From: the human T2T-CHM13v2.0 reference genome, Homo sapiens
Direction: 5' to 3' (one strand)
DNA length: 64,000 nucleotides
Assembly (NCBI RefSeq): GCF_009914755.1
Contig: NC_060941.1
The notes under the pieces are model-generated. The model was not told the origin of the DNA and ran no database searches. It saw only the letters and a program-made list of their open reading frames with translations. A program made the position numbers and the translations under genes. Below are positions 24,151-36,910 of this stretch, one piece after another. Position 1 is the stretch's first letter. Each line of letters opens with the position of its first letter.

Positions 24151-25077
24151 CTTACCCTCAGGTACGGTATTAACTTGAAGCTATGATATCAAAAATATGT
24201 TAGATCTTGTCTTAGTCTGTTTTGTGTGGCTATAACAGAATACTACAGACTGGGTAATTTATAAACAATAGAAATTTATTTGGCTTATGGTTCTGGAGGT
24301 TGGGAAGTCCAAGAGCATAGTGCTATCATCTGATGAGGGCTTTCTTGCCATGTCATCCCATGGCAAAAGGGGAAGGGCAAGAAAGTACGTGCCAATAAGA
24401 GCAAGAGAGAAAGGAACCTAACCTATCCATTTTATCAGGAACCCGCTCCCACAATAATACCATTAACCTATTCACAAGAGCAGTGCCCTCATGACCTAGT
24501 CATCTCATAAAGGTCCTACCTCTCAACACAATTGTATTGGGGATTGTGCTTCCAATACATGAATTTTGGGGGATGTGTTCAAATTATAACATTCCACTCC
24601 TGGTCCCCAAATTTATATCTTCACCCTGCAAAATACATTCATCCCATTCTAATAGTCTCCAAAGTCTTAATTCATTCTAGCATCAGCTCAAACGACCAAA
24701 ATCCAAAGTCTCACCTAAAGTAGATGTGGGTGAGATGGAAGGCATGATTCATCCTAAAGCAAATTTCCTCCGGCTATGAGCTGTGAAATCAATGTAAGTT
24801 ATCTACTTCCAAAATACAATGGTGGGACAGGTATAGAAGAGACACTCCCATTCCAAAAGGAAGAAATAGGCAAGATGAAAAGAGTAATAAGCCCCAAGTA
24901 AGTCCAAAACCCAATGGGGAAAACAACATTAAGTCTTAAGTCTTCCAAATAACTTTTCTTGACTCCATGCCCTGCCTTCTGGAAACACTAGGATAAAGAC
25001 TGGGCCCCACAACCATGGTTTTACTGGGCTCAGTTCACCCAGCAGATCTCATGGACTGGAGTCTCAGACCAGCAGCC

Positions 25078-25371
25078 TTTTTTTTTTTTTTTTTTTTGAG
25101 ATGGAGTCTCGCTCTGTTGCCCAGGCTCAAGTGCAGTGGTGCAATCTCGGCTCACTGCAACCTCTGCCTCCAGGGTTCAAGTGATTCTTCTGCCTCAGCC
25201 TCCTGAGCAGCTGGGACCACAGGTGCACATCACCCAGCTAATTTTTGTATTTTTAGTAGAGAGGGGTTTCACCATATTGGTCAGGCTGGTCTTGAACTCC
25301 TGACCTCGTGATCTGCCCACCTCGGCCTCCCAAAGTGCTGCGACCACAAGCATGAGCCACCATGCCTGGCC
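25078..25371 (-). mobile_element. AluS inside the MST internal region
   Basis: Poly-T plus Alu body; TSD-like CCAGCAGC. Confidence 0.93.
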
Positions 25372-25918
25372 GCCAGCAGCTCTCTTAGTCTGTTGCTGCA
25401 AGCTCAAGCTAGTTACTCTATAGTACTGGGGTCTTGGGAATGGCCCCACTCGGCATTGCCCTAGTGGGGACTCCGTCATAGCTCTGACTTCACATTTCCA
25501 CTTGGCATTGCCCTAGTAGGGGCTGCTTTCTATGGTGGCTCTGCCCCTGGTGACAAGTCTGTGGCTGCAGCCCTCGACTGTCCACATCATCCTTTAAAAT
25601 CTAGGTAGAGAAAGTCATGCCCCCATAGCTCTTATATTCTGTACATGTGCAAAATCAGCACCATGTGAATGCTGCCAAGATTCACAGCTTGTAACTTCTG
25701 TAGTGGGTCAGGCCACATCTGGGCCTACTTGAGCCATGGTTGGGGTGGCTGAGGAGCTCTGCACCTGAATGTGGGGAACAGAAGCCCAACGTGGCTCTGG
25801 GCAGCAAGCCCATGAAGGGTACCCCAGGATCATCCCTCAAAATCATTCTGCCCTGCTAGAGCTCTCAGCCTGTAATGGGAGGAGTAGCCTCAAAGAGCTC
25901 TGAAATGCATTTGGAGTC

Positions 25919-26296
25919 TGTTTTAGTCTGTTTTCTGCCAATGTAACAGAACACCACAGACTATGTAAATTATAAACAAAAGAAGTTTATTTGGTTCTGG
26001 AGGCTGGGAAGTCCAAAAGCATGATGCTGGCATCAGGGAATGACCACCCTGTGGTAGACAGGTGGAATGCAGAAGTTTGCACAAAAGACAGAAAGAAATG
26101 GGCACAACTTATCCCTTTATCAGGAGCCCGCTCTGGCAATAACTAAACCACTCCTGCAATAATAGCATTAATCTATTCATGAGGAAAAAGACCTCTTAAT
26201 TACCTAATTACCTCTTAAAGTTCCTGCCACCCGATACTGTCACATTGATGATTAAATTTCAATGTGACTTTTGGAGGAGACATTCAAACCACAGTA
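25919..26296 (-). mobile_element. MST-family solo LTR nested in the MST internal region
   Basis: TGTTTTAGTCTGTTTTCTG..TTCTGGAGGCTGGGAAGTCCAA..CATTCAAACCACAGTA; degenerate TSD GAGTC/GGTTC. Confidence 0.8.
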
Positions 26297-28389
26297 GGTT
26301 CACTCTCCCATTGTCTTGTTGATTCCTATCAGTACTGACCTTCTTAGCGAATGGTCACTTAACCACATCCTTAGTTTGCTCTCCTAAACATGTTTTTTCA
26401 TTCTTCACATGGTCAGGCTGAAAATTTTTAAGATCTTTTCATTCTTCTTCTCTTTTCTGCTAATTATAAATTCCATCTTCAAATCATTTATTTCCTTAAT
26501 GTATATGATTAAAAGTAGACAGCTTCTTCACTATTTTGCTTAAAAATTTCTTCTGCCACATATCCTGGTTCACCACTCTTAATTTTTGCCTTCCATAAGG
26601 CCCTCAGGCATGGACATAATTCAGCCAAGTTCTATGCAACTTTATAACAAGGATAGCTTTTACTCCAGTTCCCAATACCTTCTTCCCCATTTCCATCTCA
26701 GACTTCATCAGAATGGCCTCTACCATCCATATGTCTACCAACATTCAGATCACAACCACTTAAGTAATCTCTAAGAAGTTTCAGACTTTACCTACATTTC
26801 TTCTCTTTTTCTGAGCCCTCTGCAGAATCACTCTTTACTACTCCATTCGTGGCAATCTAGACTTTTTCTAACCGGCTTCTCTAGATGCTTCCAGCCTCTA
26901 CTCATTACCCAGTTCCAAATCTGCTTCCATAGTTTCAAGTATTTGTTATAAAAAATAGTCCCACTTCTCAGTACCAATTTCCTGTCTTAGTCCATTTTGT
27001 GTTGCTACAACAGAAAACAACAGCCTGGGAAATTTATAAACAATAGAAGTTTATTTGACTCATGATTCTGGAGGCCAAAAAGTTTAAGAGCATGATGCCG
27101 GCATCTTGTGAGGACCTTCTTGCTGTTATCATTCCATGGTAGTTGGTGGTAGAGCAAGAGAGCGCACATGAGCAAAACCAAGAGAGAAACAGAGACAAAC
27201 GTACCCTTTTTTAATCAGCATCCCACTCTTGTGATAATGCCATTAATTCATTCATGAGAGCAGAGCCTTCATGACCTAATTACCTCTTAAACGTCCTGTT
27301 TCTCAACAGTTTCACATTGGGGATTATGTTTCTAATGCATGAATTTTGAGGCACACAAACCATAGCAGACCTAGGCCTTTCATGGGAGGGAATACAAACT
27401 AGAGGCAGACATAAAGCTGTGTCCATTAAAGAGGTGAAATACATTATGTGCATTCTACTCACTGGGTAACCAGCAACATACTGGACCTGAGTATAAGAAG
27501 AAACATAAAAATTGTGTATCTTGTAATTCCAGGCTTTGAGCTGTTTTCAGTCTGACTGATGAGACAAGGTTTGTGCCAGTGAAACAAGTAGAGATTAATT
27601 CAAGACAGATGTGATCACCAGTCTCTGCTGGCATAAATCAAGTTTCATAAATGACTGAACTAGCATTTGAACCAACATTTCTTCTTATTTTCATCCCAGT
27701 AGCATCATCCTAATCTGGTGACCTTAAAGGCTTTTAAAAATCTGGTTATTACTAGAAAAATGTTGCCTCCATCTAAAAGTTGCAATAAAGCTTTCTTTCC
27801 CTGAGAAAAATCTAGCCAGCCCTTTGTGTAGGTTGACTATAGCGGGCATGTGCCCAGCATCATTTTCCTGATGGTTCATTCTCCCTCACCCAATACTGAG
27901 CCTTCTCCAATCTAGGGAAGTGGTAAGTCCATGATCCAATAAAAAACATTCCATCTACATGACACAGTGGTCAGTTAAAAGACTCAAGTTGGTCCAATAA
28001 AAATCCTTCCCTAGAATTAACTTAAATACACTAAAAGACAAAATTTACTTTCCAATTGAGGTTGATAAGCTTGGAAAATATGAATTAGGGCTACTTGTGG
28101 CCATGTTTCTCACCACACAGAGAGATTATTTCCCAGAATGAAGCCAAACAAGATAGCAGGCAGAGGAGCAACAGTTTTTCATCCTCAGTCTCATCCCTGA
28201 AGGCAGGTTCCTACTGCTGTCCCAGAATCCCTCAAAGCTCCTGGACTAATACATTCCCCATTTGCTTGAGCCGATTAAGTTGGATATCTATCACTTGCAA
28301 ATAAGTGAGTCCTGACTAATATGTTGGCTTCACAGTGCCATGCCCAGTGCATCTTATCTGCACATCTCCATTTTCCTGCAGAAAAACGA

Positions 28390-28545
28390 CCATTGGATGG
28401 AAAGGGCTGTGAAGCTCTCCTTTAAAGTACACATTCCTGGGCTTAACCCCAGACTTACTGATGCAGAATCTCTGGGGATAAGACCCAGGTATTTGTGTAA
28501 TGCTACCAGTGATTCTGTTGCACACACAGTGCCAAGTTTGCAGCA
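28390..28545. mobile_element. MER5-like hAT element
   Basis: ATTCCTGGGC..CCCAGACTTACTGATGCAGAATCTCTGGGG..CAGTGATTCTG. Confidence 0.6.
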
Positions 28546-28643
28546 TGGGATCACCACATCTCATTGGCTGATTCCTGGAGTCTAACTCCCCTGGAAAATT
28601 TTGCTCTGGCCAGGTATCACACTTTAAGATGAATACTAAAGGG

Positions 28644-29039
28644 TGCTATGGTTTTAATGTGTCCCCCAAAGTTTATGTGTTTGAATCTTAGTCCCCAATG
28701 CAACAGGGTTGGGAGGTGGGACATTTAAGAATGGATTAGGTCATAAGGGCTCTGCCCTCATGAATGGATTAATGTTATTATCCCAGGAAAAGGTTAGTTA
28801 TTGTGAGAGTGGACTTGTTATAAAAGTGAATTCGACCCCCGCTTGCCCTCTTCCTTCCTCACACTCTCTTGCCTTTTCACCTTCTGCCATGGGATGATGC
28901 AGCTTAGATGCTCTCACTAGATGCGGGCCCCATGACCTTGGACTCGCCAGCCTCCAGAACTGTAAGAAATAAAATTATTTTCTTTCTCAATTACCCATCT
29001 GTGGTATTCTGTGATAGCAACACAAAACGGACTAAGACA
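28644..29039 (+). mobile_element. MSTB/C-like solo LTR
   Basis: TGCTATGGTTTTAATGTGTCCCCCAAAG..GCCCTCATGAATGGATTAAT..CAGCCTCCAGAACTGTAAGAAATAAA..GGACTAAGACA. Confidence 0.85.
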
Positions 29040-29862
29040 GAGAGCATGACCAGGAGAAAACCAGGTCAGTGAGGGCACTCGCGCTGTTCTTCCTCTGATG
29101 TGTTTTTTCAGAAATCAGGGTGTTTAACAGCAAATCCACAAGGGATATTCTGTCTTCAACGGTGTGAAAACTGTCATGTGGAAGAATAACAGATTGACTT
29201 TGTGGTGTTCCAGAGGACAGGCCTTCAACCAAGGGCATCCTGGTGCCAGATTTCAGCTAAATAAAGGGAAGAACTTTCTGGCAATTAGAGCTGCCCCATG
29301 GTAGAAGTGCTGCCACAGAAAGTAGTGAGCTGCCTGGCTCAGCCGTGTGCAGACATCAGCGGCTCACCATCTGTCAGTTGCTCTGGCTGGGGCTGTTCCA
29401 CTGGACAGAAGGCTGGACGAGCTGCCTTTTTCTTGCCAGGATTCTACAATTCTAGAACGTGGTCTGGGGACAAAAGAGGCCAGGATTACCAGAGGGGCCA
29501 AGTGACCAGAAGGGGAGAGATGTACACGAGTTTGCTGGGAAGGACTCATGTGAGAAACCAAACTCAAGATAGACCTTGTAGGGAACACAGGTAGCATTAA
29601 TTACAGCACAGGCCAGCACTGAAGTCAGGAAATTTTCCACTTTTTGTAACTTGGTTTTATTTCACTATTATTATCATGACTGTGAATTACTGTTAGAAGG
29701 AGGTGGAAAATCCCAGATATTTCCATTTTAGAAAAAAATAAAGTCAATAAACTGGCTGAAGCCTAATAATAAATATTCATGTCATTGAATATAAACAAGG
29801 AGAGTGAAGGAAGGGATGTTGTGAATGAAGTAGCTTCCATGTCAAGAAAAGCAGAGCACTGG

Positions 29863-29985
29863 GGCCGGGCGCAATGGCTGTAACCCCGGCACTTTGGGAG
29901 GCCAAGGAGGGAGGATTGCTTGAGGCTGGGAATTCAAGAACAGCCTGGACAATGTAGTAAGACCCCATCTCCACAAAAACAAACG
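29863..29985 (+). mobile_element. Free left Alu monomer (FLAM-like)
   Basis: Single monomer with GGAGGATTGCTTGAG and A-rich tail; degenerate TSD CAGAGCAC/CAGAACAC. Confidence 0.8.
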
Positions 29986-30364
29986 ATAACAGAACACCAT
30001 GGTCCAGGAGGCCTCATTCCCGTCCGTCTCAGTCCTGCTCCCTTGGTCCTCAATGTCAGAGTGCCCAGGAGAACCTGAGTTATGTCTTCACTCAGGGTTT
30101 CTCAACGTTTTTCCAGCCCAGGCGTTTGGAAACTTCTCTAAGTATGCTACTGTATTTCTGCAGCAGGGAGAAGACTGGAGACCATGTACCGTATCAGCAA
30201 CCAAGTAGGGGAAGGGAGAGGGACAGAGACGCTTGAAAGGGGACATCTGACTCTCATTTTGCAGAGGAAGGAGAAAAGAGCCGATGCATATAATGCCACC
30301 CCCATAGTCAAGAGATAAGGCTGCACAGTGGGGCTGGGCACAGCCCCGTGGAGACCGATAAATC

Positions 30365-30830
30365 ACTCAGAACTCTGGAATTTGCAAGTGACAGAAACTG
30401 AACTCAACTAGCTTAAGCAAAACAGGGATTTATTGGCTCTTGCAGCTAAGAGGATTCTGGGACAGCTCACAGAATTAAAGAAAAGACTGTGGGGACCAGG
30501 ACTTTGGGACCAATTCTGTCTACAACTCCATCCATGAGTCCATCCATCTGTCGCCTCTCCCACACACCCCTACCCAGTTTTCATCTGTGCTTGTCTCTGG
30601 TCGCAGACAGGCTCTCTTCCGCACTGATGAAGACGGCCACCAGACACCTCACATTCACACCTTCCCACTCCCGCATCCCCCGAGAAAAGTTCCTGCTGGT
30701 AGGATCCATGGCCCAATCTCAAAGGAAGGACTCTGATTGGCCCTGCTCTCATGCCCCCCACCCCCCTCGGACTGATTACTTTTGTACGAGGGATAGGCCC
30801 TGTGATTTGTCAGGCGTGGGTTCCATGCCT
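30365..30830 (-). mobile_element. MLT1J-like LTR
   Basis: TTGCAAGTGACAGAAAC..AACTAGCTTAAGCAAAA..ATTTATTGGCTC; GGACTCTGATTGGCC. Confidence 0.55.
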
Positions 30831-31142
30831 GTCCCTAGGGGCTCAAGAAGAGTGAAGGGCCTTAATAGCAACCTCTACTGGGGTCTAGGGTCAGCCCTGG
30901 GATGCATCAGGGGAGTGGGAGGGTGGTGAAGGAGGATCTTGGAGCAAAGAGGAGGGGCCGCTCACCTCCCCCTGGGAAAGTCCTCGTGGGCTGACAGTCA
31001 TTGTGGGATTCCCTCCCTCACACCTGCTGACCCATGAGTCGGGCGGCTCTGCCTTCAGTGTGTGGAGGGGTCCAGGCAGGACTGGCTGAGGGCAGCTCAC
31101 CCTGGCCCTCAGAGGATGATGCTTGGTGAGGTTCAGCCTCCG

Positions 31143-31815
31143 GATACACACACACACACTCACGCACATCCACACAGATGCACACTCGCATACCCTCATA
31201 CCCACCAGACATACCCTGACACACACAGAAATGCATACACACACACACTGACACACCATACCCTCACAAACGCACTCACACTTGTAGACATATTTGCACA
31301 CAATCAACACACTGACATACACAGACGCACTCACACACTCTCATGCTCACCAGACACACTCATACACGTGCTTATTCCTTCAGATACAGACACATGGGCG
31401 CCTATTCAAACAGATGCACTCACACTGACACACACAATTTACAGACACATTCATGCAGATGCACACTTACACATGCAACACTTTCACAATTCACCCACAC
31501 ATACTAACACTCAGACACATTCATTCTCACACGCACTCACTCAGACCACTTTCATTCACTTTCACACATTCACTCACACATGCACATTCACACACACACA
31601 TTCAGTCACGTATGCTCTCACCCACACTCTGACTCAGTCTCACACATACTCAGATGTTGTCTCACATTCACACACATTCACACACTTGCTCACACACACA
31701 CACGCACTCACATATGGTCCCACTCACACATACGCTCACACACATTTGCACACACACACGTGCTCACGTTCACACGCTTTCTCACATATGCTCTTACATA
31801 CTCTCACACACACAC
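31143..31815. repeat. Degenerate (CA)n-rich repeat, ~670 bp
   Basis: CACACT/CACACA/CACATT units throughout. Confidence 0.92.
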
Positions 31816-33942
31816 TCCTCCGTCACGTAGTCTCTTTGAAGGTCCAGATGGTACCCCCCACTGCCTCCACACAGGCCTTACTGAGAGCACATTGTGGGTT
31901 TGCTCCCCTGGCTCCACAGGGGACACGGGGCCACCTGGCTGCATCTCCCTCCTGGCTGGGAAAGTCTCACACTGTCCCCTCCACTCCCCTCCAGGCAGGA
32001 TCACCTTAGCCTGAGCATCCCAGTGGGAAAGATTCTGTCTTGTTTCTAAGGCCTCCAGAGAAAATGCCCAGGGAAAGCAAGGAGAGAGAAGAAGGTGTCT
32101 CTAAACTGCCTGGCAGCCAAAAGCACATCCTCAATGAAGGTGTCCCTGTCCCGTCGCCCTGCCTGAGAATTCCTAGACTGTGGTTGCAACTGTGCACCCC
32201 CAGACCATCTCTGCACCCTCTCTGAGTCCTTCTCTCCACCTGCTTGGTGGAAGTCAACATGCCTGCCTCGAGGGCCACCCAGGGGACACCAGGAGAGATC
32301 AAATGGCACCCAGCACAGAGCTGCCCACTCAGGGACAGGTCGACGAGGTCGACTCCATTTCCCTCCTGCAGAGATCACAGCTGGGAGATGGTGGACTCCC
32401 ACGTGAAATCAGAGGAGAGCGATCCCTGGGCAGGGTCTGCCTTGTCAGCTGCATGATCTGTCCTGGCTGAGGCAGGGAACCTCGGATCATTACCACCCTC
32501 AAAGCTCACTCCCCAGAGTCCAAAAAGGAAAGCCACTTTAACTCCCCTGCGTGGTTTGGAAACCCAGACATCAAAGCCTTTCACTGCCTGTGGGCATTTT
32601 CTACCCCCTCCCTATGCTCGGCTCTTCATCCACCCTTCCTTCCCCCTGCAGGCCTCCTGGCCCTCCTCAGTGGGCCCCTATGCCTTTGCTCTTCTCCCTC
32701 CTGGAATGCCCTTCCCCTCCTCCGCTCAATCAACAAGACCTTTCCAACAGTCGTCTCTGCCATGAAACCCCTGCAAGCCACAGTCCCTCAACCCTGGTTC
32801 CTAACCAGGCCCTCCGCATACCCCCTAGCCTGTCCCATTGCCCCCGGCTGGATTTTGGCTTAGGATCTAGCTCCAAGAGACCCAGGTCCTGGAGGGCACA
32901 GGTCTTGTGTAGTGGACCCACTGCTACAGCCAGGCCTGGCTCAGTGGCAGGGCACATCCGGGGTCCCTTTGGATGGCACTGAAGAGGCCACGTGAACGGT
33001 TCCCTCATTCCCCTGGGAATCTGTCTGCTCTTGGTCTCCCTCCAAAACATCCACTTCTCCTTTCAGACACCATCCCTTTTCTGTTAGTTGATATTTATGG
33101 GTAATAAGCCAAGCACATCCAAGCCGAGGTGAAATGCCTCTTGAAATAAATACTCTCCCCAGCAAACAGGTCCATCCATCCAGGCAGGATGGGCTTTGCT
33201 GGCAGCCAGGGAAGGGCAGGCAGGAGCCCTGGGAGCAGGAGGGAGAAGGGGCTTCTGGGGACTCTGAGGGATGAAATAGGGTGGGGTACGGGGAGAGGTG
33301 GGCGCGTCACCGCATTTGGCACTGTCATCAAAAGTAGAAATGGAAGGTATCGCTTCTCAACCCCTCAGACTCCCATCACGGCAGAGATGAAGCAGGTCAT
33401 TTTAAAGGCTGGCTCTGGAGTGGCAAAGACAGACCATGCAGTGCAGAAGCCTCTCTATGTAAGTGGGGAGGGTGAGGAGTCAAGGTCACTGAAAGTCAGC
33501 AAAGCCTCCGTCCATGAGTGCTGGGGCTAGGATGGTGCTAGGACATGAGGGGAGCCTGGGCCAGGCTGCAGAGGTCCAGGACATGGATGGGGCTGTCCAT
33601 GTGAGCTGGGGCTCATCAGAGGTCATCAAGCCCCCTGCCTCACCTCTTAGCGGGACCACCTCACTAAACCCATCCTCAGTTTATGGCAGCCTCTCCTGGT
33701 GTCAGTTTCTTCTCAGGGAAAGGGTCATTCAGTGGGGCCGTGCAGGGCAACACTGAGCTCCACACCTAAGGGATGGAAAAATAACTCCAGCTTCTAAATA
33801 TGTCCCCTCCCATGAGGACTGTAGCCTATTTCTACTTCCGGAGGTGACCTCTCCTCTGTTACAGATTCATAGGACCTGGTCCGTGCAGAGAGCTTCACCC
33901 CAACACACATTCTCAAGTACGGCAGATAAACAGGTATTCCAG

Positions 33943-34040
33943 AACACACACACGCACAGGCATGTATGCACTTACACATGTGCACATATACACATGCACA
34001 TATATACATACACAAACATGCATGCACACATGTATACACT
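33943..34040. repeat. (CA/TA/TG) alternating purine-pyrimidine repeat
   Basis: ACACATGTGCACATATACACATGCAC. Confidence 0.8.
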
Positions 34041-36424
34041 GTCAAACTGCTCATAGAGATCCAAAGCTCCACTTGCACAGCCACACAATGAAACAAAACA
34101 ATCCCACACTTCGTTCCTACTCTTAACTGCCAGAAAAGCTGGGGGTACCTTTCAGATGCCAGGGACAAAACCAGGAAGACAGGCGAGGCTCTTCTTCACC
34201 CACCTAAATTCCTTCCGACCATTTCTCAAAGACCCACAGCCCAGCCTTTTCATGCTGCTGCCCTTCACTCTTGCAGGGGACACTCATGGAGCCTGAGACT
34301 GCCAACCTCTTCCCCAAAGCCCACGAATAGAATATGGAAGGAAGGAAGGAAGGCTCTTAGACAAAGAGGTCAGGGTCCACTTCTCCGTTTGATCTCCCCA
34401 GCTGCAAAGGGGCAGTTCAGAGCTTGCTAGGCCTGCCTGGCAGGGGAGGGGAATGAAGGGGTGAGAAGTGAAGCAGGCAGCCAGCAGTGGCCAGCATCCT
34501 CTGCGGCATGAATATCAGGTCATGAAATGCAATTAGGGCTGCTTGTGCCTAACCTCCCTTCCTCTGCAGCTCCCCGTGACTTGGCAGACTATTTGGAGGA
34601 CGTTCCAAGCTCCATTAGTTTAGCATCCTTTGACCTTGAGGGTCTGCTACTGAGCACACATCCAACTGGCTGCCTTCCATCTGCACTGGGGCAAGTAGGG
34701 ACCAGGCTTTGTCACTTTTCTGAAGACCAAGCTCTTGGCTGAACCAGTCTCCTGAGGGTCTCCATCATCCTCCCAGGCTACAAGTGCCTCTTGTGTTTCG
34801 AGCTGGTGAGACCTCCTCTGCCCCCAAGCTCTATGGCACCAAGATGACCTGCAAGCCACTCCTCTCCTACAGAGTGGACTCCTCCACACGGGAAAGGGCT
34901 AAGCAGCTTCCAGCCTTTTGTGGAGTAGGTGTTTGATAAGAAGTATTGCATTCGTGGATGAATAAACGCACAGCCCTGGAGGAGAAGCCTCTTCATGCTC
35001 ATCTCCTTTATTTTCTTCTTTCCTTCTCCTCCTGAAAGTCATATCCTCTCCTGCCTGTAAGCTCAGGTGCTGTGTTCTACCTGCTTGCCACACTACTCTA
35101 CTGAGCAGGCTCCCGCTGCTCTGGAGGACACACTCCAGTATCTGTTCTTTGCTTTCTTCTCATGTCATTTCCTTTTCCTCAGGTCCACTCGGGAGGAGTT
35201 AAGATCAGGATTGGAGGAGGGGCCCTGCCGGTCCTTCCTCCTCCACACACTCCTCACCTCACCCCGCAGCTGGATAGAATAGTGCCTCTAGCTGGCCTCG
35301 CAGTGTCCGGCTGTCATCCACTCGACAGTCCCCAGGGTGCTTCCGGCCCAGGACGCCAGGCTCTGCACGGGGATCTCCACCCCACCAACCCCGCTTGTTT
35401 TCTGCACATCCATACCATCCTGGCTGAGTCTGAGAACTGGCCACAATGAAATGCATGACAGAAGAGGAAAGAGCCTTCCCCAAATTGTCAGACTGAGCCC
35501 CAGCCTCAAGTACAGAGAAGGGGATAAGAGAATTTCACCCTTGGGTCTTCTCAGCCAAAACCTTCTAGCACTGGAGGCAAGAGGAGGAGAAGACAAAGAA
35601 GAAGGGATCCTCTTTTCCCCCAAAACCCGGTGCTGACTTGAGCTTCCCCAGCCCTGCCTCCCAGGACAGCATCTCACCTTTCAGACCTCTCCCTACCACC
35701 TCCTTCCTGCCCACTTAGAAACCTGCTCTAGGTTAACCCTGGAAAGGAACAGGTAAGTAATTCATACTAGAGTGTGTATTACTAGAGTATGAATCACTCA
35801 ACAAGAACTTGATACTCTCGCCCCAGGTGTGTCTTCCTGTGACAGGGGCTGATGTTTTCGACCTGGGAAGGCAAGTAACTTCCATCTCCCATGCCCGGTC
35901 TAGCTGGCCCCGGCTGCCTAGAGCACCCCGGGAAGACTAGGAAAGTCTTCTGAAGCCACCTCTGGGCTCAATGAGAAAGAGTACGCTGATCAATTGGTGA
36001 TGTCTGCCATGGACACAGGATGGGGAGAGTCCTAGTAGGTTCACTCGGTATTTGACATTCCAGATTTAATTCAAAAGGACTTATGTAGTGAAATTCCAGA
36101 ACTGTACATGAGCCCTGCTCTAATTAGGCCAATGAGGTGAGCAAAGGCTGGCTTGGCCAATCCTGGCTGTTTCTCCCACTCCCCACCTGCCGCAGTTGGC
36201 TAAACTGAAATCAGAGAGAAGGATGCTCTGCTGCAGCCACTGGGCTCCCAAAACCCATGCAAGGCACACTGGAAAGATGGGCAACCACTGGGGTCAAGCA
36301 AGGCTGAACTCTCTCTGGGCCAAAAACCGGGTATGGATGAGTGGCCATGGAAGAACTCTGCCCTTCTCCGTTCAAGGTCAGGGTTGGGTGAGGTATGTTT
36401 CTGATTTGATTCCTCCAGCCTGAA

Positions 36425-36910
36425 CAGTGGTTCTCAGATGTCACCGCACATGGAATCACTTAGGAAGCTTTTTAAAAACAGATACCTGCGCTTCAGCCCC
36501 AGAAATGCTGGCTTAACTGGTCTGGGGTGCAGCCTGGGCTTACAGAAATGTTAAAATCTCCCTACGATTCTAATCTTTCAGCCAAGGTCGAGGCCACTGG
36601 GCTGAGTTTTGAGAAATCGTTTAGGCCAGTGTTTCTGAAACTAATATTCATTCAAATCACCTGGGATTGTGTTAAAATGAAAACTTTTATTAGACTGGGG
36701 TGAGGGCCCAGAGTCTTCATCTATAACAAGCTCCCCAGTGATACTGATGCTGCTGGTTCTAGGACCACACTTTCAGGAGGAAGGATTTAGGCCACTGGTT
36801 CTCAGAGTGCAGTCCCCTGACCTGGCAGCCTCAATATCACCTAGGAGCTCCTTAGAAATGCACCTTCTTGCGTTCTATCCCAACCTACTGACTTGGGAAC
36901 TTGGGGGCAC
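36425..36910. mobile_element. Cluster of three adjacent MER5-type elements
   Basis: Termini CAGTGGTTCTCA (36425), CAGTGTTTCTGAAA (36627), CTGGTTCTCAGAGTG (36795); GAATCAC..GG and GGACCACACTTT motifs. Confidence 0.7.

Larger units (their letters stand above)
24208..27367 (-). mobile_element. Two-LTR MST (MaLR) element: LTR 24208-~24590, internal region, LTR ~26983-27367
   Basis: Two homologous LTRs starting TGTCTTAGTC; MST-int motifs CAAAATCCAAAGTCTCA, TACAATGG..ACAGG, CCCACTTCTCAGTACCAATTT; TSD GATCT/GACCT. Confidence 0.88.

Noticed and set aside
31062-32009. 315-aa His/Thr-rich ORF
   Set aside because: Product of the (CA)n-rich repeat
35755-35799. Small hairpin (ATTCATACT..AGTATGAAT) as a possible small RNA
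   Set aside because: Stem is too short for a pre-miRNA and there are no other RNA-gene features
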